Assembly (NCBI GenBank): GCA_963697895.1
Contig: OY969100.1
Coordinates: forward strand, 704,001-768,000
From: an uncultured Methanomicrobiales archaeon
Lineage (GTDB): Archaea; Halobacteriota; Methanomicrobia; Methanomicrobiales; Methanospirillaceae
Length of the DNA stretch: 64,000 nt
Direction of reading: 5' to 3'
Below are positions 54,114 through 64,000 of the stretch, piece by piece. A program made the position numbers and the translations under genes. The notes beneath the pieces are model-generated. The model saw only the letters and a program-made list of their open reading frames with translations. It was not told the origin of the DNA and searched no databases. Position 1 is the first letter of the stretch. Each line of letters starts with the position of its first letter.

Positions 54114-55588
54114 GAAACAATCCTCCTCGCATCATATACGAGACGCTGCTTCGCTTCCGCGATCGAGGCAATCTTCTGCTCGAGTTCGATCCTGTCATCC
54201 CCCAGCTCTTTTCGTCGTTCTCCCAGGGCGATCCTCACCGAAAGGGGTGAGGGGCCTCCTTCCGCCCTCCGGATCGAAACGCTCTGTTCCACATCAAGGG
54301 CTTCATGCACCTGCGCCTCCGTGAGACCCTGTTCCAAAAGCGAAATATGTGCGATTTCATTGCCGGAACTTTCAAGCGTGCTCAGATCTATGCTTCCCTG
54401 CTGTATCGCTCTTGCAACAATAGAATGTGCAGTCCTGAACGGGAGATCAAATCTTCGAACAAGCATGTCTGCAAGATCCGTTGCAGTTGTATCACCTCTT
54501 CCTGCTTCCTCCCGCATTCTGCCTGTGTCAAACTCTGCCGTCGCGAGCATGTCAACCAGCAGCCGTGTGCTGTGTTTCGCGTCACGCGTTCCCCGCCAGA
54601 TGCTGGGGGTCATCTCCTGAAGATCCCGGTTATAACTCATCGGGAGACCTTTTACAGTCGCCAGAGCCGCCGTATATGCGCCAAGCACGGAAGCCGACTT
54701 TGCCCGCATAATTTCAGCCGTGTCGGGGTTTTTCTTCTGGGGCATGATCGAACTGGTTGAACAGAAGGCATCGTCAAGGGAAACAAACCGGATAGAGGAG
54801 GAACTCCAGAGAATGAACTCCTCGCAGAGGCGACTTACATGAATCATCAGGATCGAGAGGTTCGAAAGAAGCTCGAGCGCAAAATCTCTCGATGCCACGG
54901 CATCCATGGTATTGACCACCATTCCATCAAAGCCGAGAAGTTGAGAGGTGAACTCCCTATTAATCGGATAACCCGTTGAGGCGAATGCGGCAGCGCCGAG
55001 GGGAGACTGGTTCACACGTGCAAAACATTCCCTTATGCGATCAAAATCCCGCCCGAATGCCTGTTCATATCCAAGCAGATGATGGGCGAGAGTTGTCGGC
55101 TGTGCATACTGGAAATGGGTGAATCCCGGCATGATCGAACCGGTGTGTTCCTCTGCAATCGCGAGGAGAGTCTCCCGGAGGCGGCAGAGGATAGAGAGCT
55201 GGCGGAGAATATCATCTCGGAGCCTCATCCGCATACAGGTCACCACCTCATCATTCCTCGACCGTGCAATATGGAGCCGTCCGCCGATCTCCTCTCCAAG
55301 GGTCTCAACGAGAAGTGTTTCGATGCCCGCATGGATATCCTCGAAACTGACATCGAATGCAGCTTCCGGGATCCCATTGTCGAACATATCCAGTAACGCT
55401 TCCAGAAGCTTCCTTGCAGGTTCCCGCCCGATGATCTGTTGCTTGTGAAGCATCAGGACGTGAGCCATATCCACAAGGATGTCCGCATCTGCGATACACC
55501 GGTCTGCCTTCATGGAAGAGAGGAACTGCATCATTTCCCCGGTTCGCTCCCCGCTTAAACGGCCTCTCCTGATCACATCATTCGGCAT
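54110..55588 (-). CDS. argH: Argininosuccinate lyase
   Basis: EDIH, RSRND, MPGFTH, SSIMPQKKNPD, YNRDLQE. Confidence 0.98.
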   Translation of the reverse strand: MPNDVIRRGRLSGERTGEMMQFLSSMKADRCIADADILVDMAHVLMLHKQQIIGREPARKLLEALLDMFDNGIPEAAFDVSFEDIHAGIETLLVETLGEEIGGRLHIARSRNDEVVTCMRMRLRDDILRQLSILCRLRETLLAIAEEHTGSIMPGFTHFQYAQPTTLAHHLLGYEQAFGRDFDRIRECFARVNQSPLGAAAFASTGYPINREFTSQLLGFDGMVVNTMDAVASRDFALELLSNLSILMIHVSRLCEEFILWSSSSIRFVSLDDAFCSTSSIMPQKKNPDTAEIMRAKSASVLGAYTAALATVKGLPMSYNRDLQEMTPSIWRGTRDAKHSTRLLVDMLATAEFDTGRMREEAGRGDTTATDLADMLVRRFDLPFRTAHSIVARAIQQGSIDLSTLESSGNEIAHISLLEQGLTEAQVHEALDVEQSVSIRRAEGGPSPLSVRIALGERRKELGDDRIELEQKIASIAEAKQRLVYDARRIVS

Positions 55589-55852
55589 TTGATCTGCAAC
55601 CTCTGTACAAAGTGGTGCAGGAAGAGATTAAAACCACGCCTTTCTGGCTTCAAGCTCAATTGTCCGCATCAGCATACCAGGGAAATTACATTGCGACTGG
55701 ATATGCCGAACAGATCTGTACATGAAATTTGTTATACTTTCGAACCCATATACGATATATTTTTGGGGAATTTTGAAAAAATATTAGTACATTTGTACAA
55801 TTATTTTAGTCGAATAAGAGATTATTAAATAGTGAAAAGGCAACGATATTTT

Positions 55853-57061
55853 ATGAGATATAAAAAGGTCCTCGCCCTTATCGGGATGATTGCATTGACG
55901 ATCCTGATCGCCGGATGCGTAACGCCGACCCCACCAGCGCAGGCCGCACAGGTCACTCTGCTCTATGCGAACGTGGGTCAGATGCCCCAGCTCCTTGCAA
56001 CGGGCCAGGTCGATGGCTATATGGCTTGGCAACCCTTCGTTTCGGTAGCAGATGTCACCGGGCTCGGCACCATTGTGTCTTACTCTCAGAACCTTCCCCC
56101 AAAAGGGATTTGGGAAGATCATTCCTGCGACAGCCTGGTTGCGAGGGATGTGATTGTAGCGTCAAATCCTGATACCACTCAGGCACTTGCGACACTTCTC
56201 ACCAAAGCCACGGATTACACTGCTCAAAACCCGGACCGTGCGGCAGAAATTTCCGCAGAATGGATTTTTGGTCGCAATAACCTGACATTCGGGAATATCA
56301 GTGTCGATCCGATAATGATAGAAAAAGCTTCCATTCCAACGATAAAATTTACGAACGATCCTTCACCACAATGGCAAAATTCGAATACGCTCTTCATCGA
56401 TGCGTTAAAGGATATCGGGTACATCACCGGATCCCTGGCGAATGCCACTCCGGAACAGAGGCAGGCGTTGTTATATAATTTTAATCCCTACAATGCCACA
56501 AAATCCATAACCGGACCCGGGCAGCAGACGACACCCTCCGGGGAGACCCAAAAGATAAATATCGGGTATCTTCTCTCCGACCATGATGCACCGTTCTTTG
56601 TTGCCATTAAAGAATGGAGATATTTCAATGATACCTATGGTGTTGCGCTCCGCCCGGTGAGCGATACCTACGGAAAGGTCGACGCAGCCGAACTGATAGT
56701 GAATGGGGAGAAGGTAGCCGACGTTCAGTTAGTCAGAGGTGACAGCGGCGCTCAGCTCATGACCCTGATGGGTTCCAATTCCATCGACTTTGCCGTTGCC
56801 GGAACGCCTCCGACCATCACCGCAATAGACAAAGGCACACCCTTAAAGATCCTCTTCCCGATGCATGTTGAGGGATCCGGATTGGTCGTCTCCTCATCGG
56901 CACCGGTGAAGGACTGGGATAGTTTCATCACCTGGGTCCAGGACCGATCCACACAGGGCAAACCGGTAAAGATCGCGGTCGCACCGAAAGGATCGATTCA
57001 GGATGTGCAACTCAGTTATGCTCTTGAACAGAGCGGAATCACGGTGAGCGAAACTCAATGA
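55853..57061 (+). CDS. NitT/TauT-type ABC substrate-binding lipoprotein (apparently circularly permuted)
   Basis: Lipobox IAGC; VDGYMAWQPF, IGYLLSDH and GSIQD motifs. Confidence 0.88.
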   Translation: MRYKKVLALIGMIALTILIAGCVTPTPPAQAAQVTLLYANVGQMPQLLATGQVDGYMAWQPFVSVADVTGLGTIVSYSQNLPPKGIWEDHSCDSLVARDVIVASNPDTTQALATLLTKATDYTAQNPDRAAEISAEWIFGRNNLTFGNISVDPIMIEKASIPTIKFTNDPSPQWQNSNTLFIDALKDIGYITGSLANATPEQRQALLYNFNPYNATKSITGPGQQTTPSGETQKINIGYLLSDHDAPFFVAIKEWRYFNDTYGVALRPVSDTYGKVDAAELIVNGEKVADVQLVRGDSGAQLMTLMGSNSIDFAVAGTPPTITAIDKGTPLKILFPMHVEGSGLVVSSSAPVKDWDSFITWVQDRSTQGKPVKIAVAPKGSIQDVQLSYALEQSGITVSETQ

Positions 57062-57819
57062 GGAGATATATCTGGATTATATCTCCCATACTCCTTCTTG
57101 TCATCTGGGAAATCCTTGCCATCCTAATCAACAATCAGTTCATCCTCCCCACAGTGGGTTCAGTATTTGCTGTTCTTCTTCATCCCTTCGCTGATATCCT
57201 GGGTACCGGTAGCCTTGTCTCGAACGCAACAATAAGTCTTATCCGGGTCGTCACAGGATTTCTTGTCGGTGTCCTCGCTGCCATTCCGATTGGAATCGTG
57301 ATGGGGAAGTCCGAGCTGGTTGACCGTATGGTCGATCCCATCATTCAGATATTCCGGCCCATCCCTCCGATCGCATGGATTCCCCTGGCACTCGCGTGGT
57401 TCAAAATCGGCTTTACCTCTATTGTTTTTATCATATTCATCGGCGCTTTCTTCCCTGTCCTCATCAATACCATCGATGGGGTGCGTCGGGTAAACCGTAC
57501 ATGGATCGAGACTGCATACATCTTCGGAGCCTCTGAACTCCAGAGTGTTTATAAAGTTGTTATTCCGGCAGCTGCCCCCACCATCTGGACCGGACTCCGG
57601 GTGGGGTTCGGTATCGCGTGGATGTCCGTTGTTGCTGCTGAAATGACTGCGGGGACAAGTTCCGGACTGGGATACCTGATTATTTACGCATACAACTTTG
57701 GACAGGTCCAAGTCATAATTGCAGGAATGATCGTCATCGGTCTGATTGGGCTCGGGATCGATAACATGTTAAGAAGAGTGGAGCGGAAAAAATTCCAGTG
57801 GCAGGGACAGGAAAAATAA
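57058..57819 (+). CDS. NitT/TauT ABC permease
   Basis: RPIPPIAWIP, EAA-like ETAYIFGA, VVAAE. Confidence 0.93.
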   Translation: MRRYIWIISPILLLVIWEILAILINNQFILPTVGSVFAVLLHPFADILGTGSLVSNATISLIRVVTGFLVGVLAAIPIGIVMGKSELVDRMVDPIIQIFRPIPPIAWIPLALAWFKIGFTSIVFIIFIGAFFPVLINTIDGVRRVNRTWIETAYIFGASELQSVYKVVIPAAAPTIWTGLRVGFGIAWMSVVAAEMTAGTSSGLGYLIIYAYNFGQVQVIIAGMIVIGLIGLGIDNMLRRVERKKFQWQGQEK

Positions 57820-57830
57820 CCGGTGGACGT

Positions 57831-58589
57831 ATGGATCTCAAAATTGCGCATCTTTCAAAGGAGTTTATGTCCGCAGCCGGTGAAAAGGTCATCGCATTGC
57901 AGGATATCAATCTTGAGATCAGTGACCGGGAGTTCGTGTGTCTCCTCGGCCCCTCCGGATGCGGAAAGACGACACTTCTCAGGATAATTGCTGGCCTTGA
58001 TGGGGCAACTGCAGGAAGTATAACGATCGACGGGGAGTCCATTACAAAACCGGACAGGAAGATGGCCATGATTTTCCAGGAATACTCGCTTTATCCCTGG
58101 AGAAACGTGATCGATAATATTACCTTCGGACTTGAAGTCAAGGGTCAGGGAAAAGCCGAGCGAAATACCGAGGCACAACACTATCTGGACCTTGTGGGGC
58201 TGGCAGGGTTTGAAAAGAGTTTTCCGTACGAGCTTTCCGGAGGCATGAGACAGCGGGTCGCAGTGGCCCGGGCACTTGCCGTCGATCCCGCCGTTCTGCT
58301 CATGGATGAACCGTTCGGTGCTTTGGATGCTCAGACGCGTAACCTGATGCAGAGAGAGATTCTCGAAATCTGGGAAAAGACGAAGAAAACTATCATATTT
58401 GTTACCCATAGTGTTGATGAAGCGGTGTTCCTTTCTGATCGACTCGTCGTCATGACTCCACGCCCGGGCAGGATTCAGGAGATCCTCCCTATCCTCCTGC
58501 CGCGACCACGGGATCGGACAAGCACGGAATTCGCACAGGTCCGCCGTTATGTCCTGAATCTGATCGATAGCAGAGGCGTTCTCCAGTAA
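57831..58589 (+). CDS. NitT/TauT ABC ATPase
   Basis: GPSGCGKT, LSGGM, LMDEPFGALD, VTH. Confidence 0.95.
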   Translation: MDLKIAHLSKEFMSAAGEKVIALQDINLEISDREFVCLLGPSGCGKTTLLRIIAGLDGATAGSITIDGESITKPDRKMAMIFQEYSLYPWRNVIDNITFGLEVKGQGKAERNTEAQHYLDLVGLAGFEKSFPYELSGGMRQRVAVARALAVDPAVLLMDEPFGALDAQTRNLMQREILEIWEKTKKTIIFVTHSVDEAVFLSDRLVVMTPRPGRIQEILPILLPRPRDRTSTEFAQVRRYVLNLIDSRGVLQ

Positions 58590-58650
58590 GATTTAATAAG
58601 CCACATCTCCTTTTTATAAAGCACGAACAGGGACGAGGAGTTACCCAGCG

Positions 58651-59169
58651 ATGGTCCGAAAACCAGGAAAAATGTATAGGAATCTGTCAAAAAAGGCATA
58701 TACCCGCCGCGAATACATGGGTGGTGTGCCTGGCAGCAAAGTTGTACAGTTCGAGATGGGGAACTTATCCGGAGAATTTCCTGCTGAAGCGCATCTGATC
58801 GTGGAAGAAGCCTGTCAGATCCGGCACACTGCCCTCGAAGCAGCCCGTATCAGCATCAACAGGAAACTACTCAAAGACGTGGGAAGGCAGAATTTTCACC
58901 TGAAACTCCGGGTATATCCCCATCATGTACTCCGGGAGAACAAACAGGCGACCGGTGCGGGTGCAGATCGTGTCTCGGAAGGGATGCGCCTCGCCTTTGG
59001 TAAGGCAGTCGGCACCGCGGCACGCGTGACGTCAGGGCAGAAGATTTTCACCGTCTATATGACGCCTCAGTACACCGATAAGGTGAAAGACGCACTCCGG
59101 CACGGTGGGCACAAACTTCCATCGCCGTCATATATCGTCATCGAGGAAAAACAACCGGTCATCAGCTGA
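58651..59169 (+). CDS. rpl10e: 50S ribosomal protein uL16 (L10e)
   Basis: [38 protein letters not shown]. Confidence 0.98.
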   Translation: MVRKPGKMYRNLSKKAYTRREYMGGVPGSKVVQFEMGNLSGEFPAEAHLIVEEACQIRHTALEAARISINRKLLKDVGRQNFHLKLRVYPHHVLRENKQATGAGADRVSEGMRLAFGKAVGTAARVTSGQKIFTVYMTPQYTDKVKDALRHGGHKLPSPSYIVIEEKQPVIS

Positions 59170-59270
59170 AGATTCCTTTTTTTCTCGGCAGATTTTATTC
59201 TGCAGTGCCCATAGTTTGTACACAGGGGATCATCAGGGGAAATTTTATCCTTTTCCCTCTCTCATGAGTT

Positions 59271-59601
59271 ATGATGGACCAGAGGGAGGAACGAGTGTTT
59301 CTGGACGTGGTTTCGGATGCAACAAAAAGAGCCACCTGGAAAGCCGAAGTATACCTCCCGGGAGATGTTTATCGGGCGATTACCTGGACCGCAGTCCTGG
59401 ATCAAGGCGATGTGCAGAGCTTGTCGCATCCCACATGTACCTCCGCAAAGAATATTTCAAAAGATCCCGGGATGAGAGAAACCGTCCGGAGATTTTTACT
59501 CAGGGAACTCCCGACTGCTGGTTGGTATGGACTCGATGGGCGGGGATCTCCTTGCAAAGGTGAGCAGGAAAGCAAAAATGCTTCTCGATGACATGTATTA
59601 A
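59271..59601 (+). pseudogene. Remnant of Fe-S fumarate hydratase: alpha N-terminus fused to beta C-terminus
   Basis: N-terminal ...KAEVYLPGDVYRAI is alpha-like; DPGM.E...ELP/LLVGMDSMGGDL is beta-like, with a frameshift near 59514; heads the kor/suc cluster. Confidence 0.6.
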
Positions 59602-59621
59602 AGAGAGACAGGAAATCCCAC

Positions 59622-59894
59622 ATGAAACTGGTAATTGATGAAAACCGGTGCAAAGGCTGTAATCTCTGTACCATGGTCTGCCCTTACAAGATCTTCCGGC
59701 CGGGAAAGAAGCAGAATCCCCGGGGTGTTGTTATCCCTGAACTTGACCGTCCGGAGCGGTGCGCAAACTGCCGTCTGCAACCTTTGTATGGGCGAACTCT
59801 CTGTGGGGTATGTCAGATGATCTGCCCTGACCAGGCAATACGATGGGAGGAGGAGAAGCCTCATCAACCCCGGAAAGTGGCGGTGGAATATTGA
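59622..59894 (+). CDS. korD: 2-oxoglutarate:ferredoxin oxidoreductase ferredoxin (delta) subunit
   Basis: CKGCNLCTMVCP and C..C...CGVCQMICPDQAI. Confidence 0.88.
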   Translation: MKLVIDENRCKGCNLCTMVCPYKIFRPGKKQNPRGVVIPELDRPERCANCRLQPLYGRTLCGVCQMICPDQAIRWEEEKPHQPRKVAVEY

Positions 59895-60991
59895 CCAGAA
59901 CAGAGTTCATGCAGGGAAATATTGCGTGTGCAGAAGGCGCACTTGCTGCAGGCTGTCGTTTCTTCGGCGGATACCCAATCACCCCGTCCACCGAAATTGC
60001 GGAACACATGGCGCAGAAACTTCCGAAACAGGGTGGCGTTTTCATCCAGATGGAAGATGAAATCGCCAGCATGGCATCCCTTATCGGTGCTTCATGGACC
60101 GGATTCCGTGCAATGACCGCGACCAGTGGTCCGGGTTTTTCTCTCATGATGGAGAACATCGGGTATGCAATCATGACGGAAACCCCGTGTGTCATCGTAA
60201 ATATCCAGCGCGGAGGACCGAGTACCGGCCAGCCCACGATGGCGGCCCAGGGTGACATGATGCAATGCCGGTTCGGATCTCATGGAGATTCCAGCATCAT
60301 CGCCTTGGCGCCGATGAGTGTTCAGGAGATGTTCGCACTCACGGTCCACGCATTCAACCTTTCAGACCGGTTCAGGGTTCCCACATTCCTGATGGCAGAC
60401 GAGATCATAGGTCATATGCGCGAGCGGATACTTATCCCCGATACCGTGGAAAATACACCGAGAAAGCCCTTGCAGAAGGGCAAACCACCGTTCCAACCGG
60501 ATCCGGATGATATTCCCGGGTTTCCGGAGTTTGGAAAGGGTTACGGAGTTCATGTAACAGGGCTGACCCACGATGAACGGGGATATCCCTGTGCCACGAA
60601 CCCCAAAGTACATGCGTCACTGGTGGAGCGTTTAGTTCGGAAGGTTGAATCCGCACGTCATGAAATTGCCGATTATGAAGTGGTCAATCCCGAAGCACGG
60701 AGGGTGTTCATCACGTACGGGGCACCGGCCCGATCCGTGCAGCAGGTTCTTCACGATCTCGAATCGTCCGATGTCGGGCATCTCCGGCTCAGAATGGTAT
60801 GGCCGTTTCCCGAAAAAGCCCTAATGCAATTTCGGAATGCTGAAGTATTCTTCGTCCCTGAACTGAATCTTGGTCAGATGGCACGGGAGATCGATCGTCA
60901 TACCGATGTTCCCGTCGTTCCGATCCCGAAACTGGGAGGAGATCTTCATACCCCGGAAGAATTGAAAATAAGAGCGCTGGAGGGTAAATGA
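59891..60991 (+). CDS. korA: 2-oxoglutarate:ferredoxin oxidoreductase alpha subunit
   Basis: GYPITPSTE, QMEDEIAS, TATSGPG, QRGGPSTG; adjacent to sucCD. Confidence 0.92.
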   Translation: MTRTEFMQGNIACAEGALAAGCRFFGGYPITPSTEIAEHMAQKLPKQGGVFIQMEDEIASMASLIGASWTGFRAMTATSGPGFSLMMENIGYAIMTETPCVIVNIQRGGPSTGQPTMAAQGDMMQCRFGSHGDSSIIALAPMSVQEMFALTVHAFNLSDRFRVPTFLMADEIIGHMRERILIPDTVENTPRKPLQKGKPPFQPDPDDIPGFPEFGKGYGVHVTGLTHDERGYPCATNPKVHASLVERLVRKVESARHEIADYEVVNPEARRVFITYGAPARSVQQVLHDLESSDVGHLRLRMVWPFPEKALMQFRNAEVFFVPELNLGQMAREIDRHTDVPVVPIPKLGGDLHTPEELKIRALEGK

Positions 60992-61776
60992 GTTTCAGCG
61001 ACTGGTTCAGGCAGGACCGTCTCCCGCATATTTTCTGCGCCGGATGCGGGAATGGAACCGTTATCAACTGCACCCTGAGCGCGGTGGACGAGATGGGCTG
61101 GTCAAAGGAAGAGACGGTCTTCATTTCCGGTATCGGGTGTTCTTCCCGTGCACCAGGGTATATCCTCACCGACTCGCTGCATACGACACACGGCCGGGCA
61201 CTGGCCTTCGCAACCGGTGTCAAACTTGCCCGACCTGAACTTCATGTGGTGGTCTTCACGGGGGACGGGGATCTTGCTGCGATCGGAGGCAATCATTTCA
61301 TCCATGCATGTAGGCGTAATATCGACATCACCGTGATTTGCATGAACAATCAGATATACGGCATGACCGGAGGACAAGGGAGCCCGACGACCCCCATAGG
61401 GGCTCTCAGCACAACCACTCCCTATGGCTCCGCGGAACCCGCTTTCGATCTGTGCGAACTTGCCATTGCAGCCGGTGCGAATTATGTCTCGCGCTGGACC
61501 TCATATCATGTCAAGGAGCTCTCCCGGGCAGTGAAGGTAGGACTCGAGACCCCTGGACTGTCCTTCATCGAAGCGATGGTCCAGTGTCCGACGAATTTCG
61601 GACGGAGAAACAAGTACCGTCAGGTGACCGATCAGGTCGAATACATGAAAACGCATACTATTCTCCGGCAGCAGCGGGACAGGATGATCGAGGGGGGAAT
61701 AGAGGTCCCATCCGATATGGTACCGGTTGGGGAGTTTATCCGTCGCAACCGACCGGCACTGGGGGTCCTGCAATGA
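60988..61776 (+). CDS. korB: 2-oxoglutarate:ferredoxin oxidoreductase beta subunit
   Basis: FCAGCGNG, SGIGCS, GDGD..AIGGNH, YGMTGGQ. Confidence 0.92.
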   Translation: MSFSDWFRQDRLPHIFCAGCGNGTVINCTLSAVDEMGWSKEETVFISGIGCSSRAPGYILTDSLHTTHGRALAFATGVKLARPELHVVVFTGDGDLAAIGGNHFIHACRRNIDITVICMNNQIYGMTGGQGSPTTPIGALSTTTPYGSAEPAFDLCELAIAAGANYVSRWTSYHVKELSRAVKVGLETPGLSFIEAMVQCPTNFGRRNKYRQVTDQVEYMKTHTILRQQRDRMIEGGIEVPSDMVPVGEFIRRNRPALGVLQ

Positions 61777-62324
61777 GGCACGAAGTCAGGTTTTCCGGGT
61801 TTGGAGGCCAGGGGATCATCCTCTCGGCAGTAATCCTCGGTCGGGCGGCAGTCATGTACGATAACAAATTTGCCGTCCAGACACAGGTATATGGACCTGA
61901 GGCACGGGGTGGTGCTTCAATGAGTGCGGTAATCATCGATGATGAACCGATATTTTACCCGAAAGTCACCATTCCCGATATCTATGTGATCATGTCACAG
62001 GAGGGGTTTGAAAAGTACGGAGAATCCGCCCCTGCCGGAGCAATCATGCTCCTTGATTCAACATTGGTTCATTCCAGACCCGGCTGCAGGTATTTTGAAA
62101 TTCCGGCTACCCGGGAGGCAAAAGAGACGCTGGGAAGGGATATCGTCGCAAATATCGTGATGCTCGGCGCACTTGTGGTTGCGACACATATCGTAAGCGA
62201 GAAAGCGCTTGAACGAGCGATCCTCGACAGTGTACCCAAAGGTACGGAATCACTCAATCAGAAGGCGATGAAAAAGGGATTCGAATTGGCGGAGAAAGAG
62301 GGGAACAGACATGAAGTTGCTTGA
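61773..62324 (+). CDS. korC: 2-oxoglutarate:ferredoxin oxidoreductase gamma subunit
   Basis: SGFGGQG, YGPEARGGAS, NIVMLG. Confidence 0.92.
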   Translation: MRHEVRFSGFGGQGIILSAVILGRAAVMYDNKFAVQTQVYGPEARGGASMSAVIIDDEPIFYPKVTIPDIYVIMSQEGFEKYGESAPAGAIMLLDSTLVHSRPGCRYFEIPATREAKETLGRDIVANIVMLGALVVATHIVSEKALERAILDSVPKGTESLNQKAMKKGFELAEKEGNRHEVA

Positions 62325-63399
62325 ATTTGAGGCAAAAAGGTGCATGAATACATACGGTATACCGATTCCGAACCATCTACTGATTCGTTCACCGGAAGAA
62401 CTGAAGGACCATATCCAGAATATCGGCGAGGAGATCGTCCTGAAAGCGCAGGTGGATGTCGGTGGCAGGGGAAAGGCCGGTGGAATCGTCATGGCGACCC
62501 CGTCGGATGTCGCTGTCAAAGCATCAGCCCTTTTTCGGAAGGAGATCAAGGGTCTGCCGGTACATGAAATCCTTGTTGAGGAGAGGCTCCCTATCCTGAA
62601 CGAATACTATCTGAGCATCGCGATCGATCGCTCCTCAAAACAGGCGCTCATCCTCTTTGCCGATGCGGGCGGGGTCGACATAGAGAGGGTCGCACGGGAG
62701 AAACCGGAGGCGGTGAGAAGAGGCTCCGTACCACTCCTTATGCATGATATCCCTCCGTTCATGATTCGAGACCTGCTCGCCGGAGCACCGAAGGAGCTGG
62801 GCGGTCTCATCTCTAAGTTGTACCGGGTATTCTCTGAAAAAGATGCCCTCCTTGCCGAGATCAATCCGCTGGTTACCACCCCCCGCGGGGTATTTGCCGC
62901 CGATGCCAAGATGATCATCGATGACAACTCACTACAGCGACAGGGCATTACGGTGAACAGGGATCTTACCGAGCGAGAGAGGGAGGCGGAAAAACATGGC
63001 TTTTCTTATGTCGAACTGAACGGGCAGATCGGCGTGATCGGAAACGGAGCCGGCCTCACCATGGCAACACTGGATCTCATCGAATATTATGAAGGACGGG
63101 CCGCCAATTTCCTGGATGTCGGCGGTGGTGCCGACCAGGAGCGGGTGATGCATGCCGTGAGACTTGTCGCGAGTGTTCCATCGGTGAAGGTGATCATCGT
63201 CAACCTCCTCGGAGGGATCACTCGTTGTGATGAGGTAGCTCGCGGGATCATCGATGCCGGGGTATCCCAAAAGATAATCGTAAGGCTTGCGGGCACAAAT
63301 GAGGATGATGGCAGAAGACTCCTTACTGCCAAGGGATATGAGATGCTCGACACGATGGAACAGGCTGTTAAGGCTGCGGTCATGGAGGCGGCGGAGTGA
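62311..63399 (+). CDS. sucC: Succinyl-CoA ligase beta subunit
   Basis: MKLLEFEAK, GGRGKAGG, EINPL, GNGAGL, NFLDVGGG, GGITRCD. Confidence 0.95.
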   Translation: MKLLEFEAKRCMNTYGIPIPNHLLIRSPEELKDHIQNIGEEIVLKAQVDVGGRGKAGGIVMATPSDVAVKASALFRKEIKGLPVHEILVEERLPILNEYYLSIAIDRSSKQALILFADAGGVDIERVAREKPEAVRRGSVPLLMHDIPPFMIRDLLAGAPKELGGLISKLYRVFSEKDALLAEINPLVTTPRGVFAADAKMIIDDNSLQRQGITVNRDLTEREREAEKHGFSYVELNGQIGVIGNGAGLTMATLDLIEYYEGRAANFLDVGGGADQERVMHAVRLVASVPSVKVIIVNLLGGITRCDEVARGIIDAGVSQKIIVRLAGTNEDDGRRLLTAKGYEMLDTMEQAVKAAVMEAAE

Positions 63400-64000
63400 T
63401 TTACGGCGATAAACGAATGGGGATTATCGTTCAGGGCGCGACCGGTAAGCAGGGGGCATTTCATCTGCAACTGATGAATGAATATGCACGCCAGGTCGGC
63501 GGGAGGGGAGTCGTTGCGGGGGTTACTCCCGGCAAGGCAGGCCAGGAGGTACATGGCGTTCCGGTATACAACAGTATTCGCGATGCACTCCGGGAGCAAG
63601 ATGCATCCGTGAATGTCATATTCGTCCCCGCTGTAGCTGCGGGGGATTCCATTATGGAATCGGCAAGTGCCGGGCTCGACCTAGCGGTCGTTATCACCGA
63701 GCATATTCCCGTGCATGATACCATGACGGCCATCTCATTTGCGGAATTGAACGGATGTGCCGTGATCGGACCGAACTGCCCCGGACTCCTGTCTCCGGAT
63801 GAGATAAAGTTAGGTATCATGCCTGCTCACCTCTCCTCGCGGGGTCAAATCGGGGTCATATCGCGGAGCGGTACCCTTACGTACGAGATCGTGAGCGAAC
63901 TGACCCGGTCAGGTCTGGGTCAGAGCACGATCATTGGAATCGGAGGCGATCCGGTCATCGGTCAGACCTTCGCGGATGTTTTATGTCGGTTCGAGGAAGA
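63396..64000 (+). CDS. sucD: Succinyl-CoA ligase alpha subunit (3'-truncated by the window edge)
   Basis: Manual translation gives VQGATGKQG, GVTPGK, ITEHIP, IGPNCPG, SRSGTLTYE, IGIGGDP. Confidence 0.95.
   Translation, partial: MIYGDKRMGIIVQGATGKQGAFHLQLMNEYARQVGGRGVVAGVTPGKAGQEVHGVPVYNSIRDALREQDASVNVIFVPAVAAGDSIMESASAGLDLAVVITEHIPVHDTMTAISFAELNGCAVIGPNCPGLLSPDEIKLGIMPAHLSSRGQIGVISRSGTLTYEIVSELTRSGLGQSTIIGIGGDPVIGQTFADVLCRFEE

Overview
Archaeal chromosomal DNA, most likely from a Methanomicrobiales methanogen (Methanoregulaceae/Methanolinea-like). This is inferred from gatDE, uL16/rpl10e, trm1, DGGGP synthase, an HdrA-like gene, DUF555/DUF2070/DUF5350 and an MspA-like sheath gene. Most of the window is housekeeping: two 2-oxoacid:ferredoxin oxidoreductase clusters, sucCD, an ADP-forming acyl-CoA synthetase, pyrBI, coaD, mtnA, hypD, argH, an ABC importer and four tRNAs (Arg-CCT, Glu-CTC, Arg-CCG, Thr-GGT). 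Accessory content includes a giant Cys-rich SdrD-B/CnaB-repeat surface protein, an HTH-FHA / multipass receptor Ser/Thr kinase / PP2C operon, a secreted 24-aa tandem-repeat peptide and a PEGA surface protein. The main unexplained element is a non-coding triple repeat at 44432-44710. In each copy an internal variable segment is complementary to that copy's own downstream spacer, which suggests a tandem pseudoknotted RNA. Seven of eight localisable +1 frameshifts, including one inside a tRNA, fall on AGCT sites. They are probably basecalling artefacts at a methylated motif rather than real pseudogenes. All family calls come from motif recognition by eye; no database search was run.
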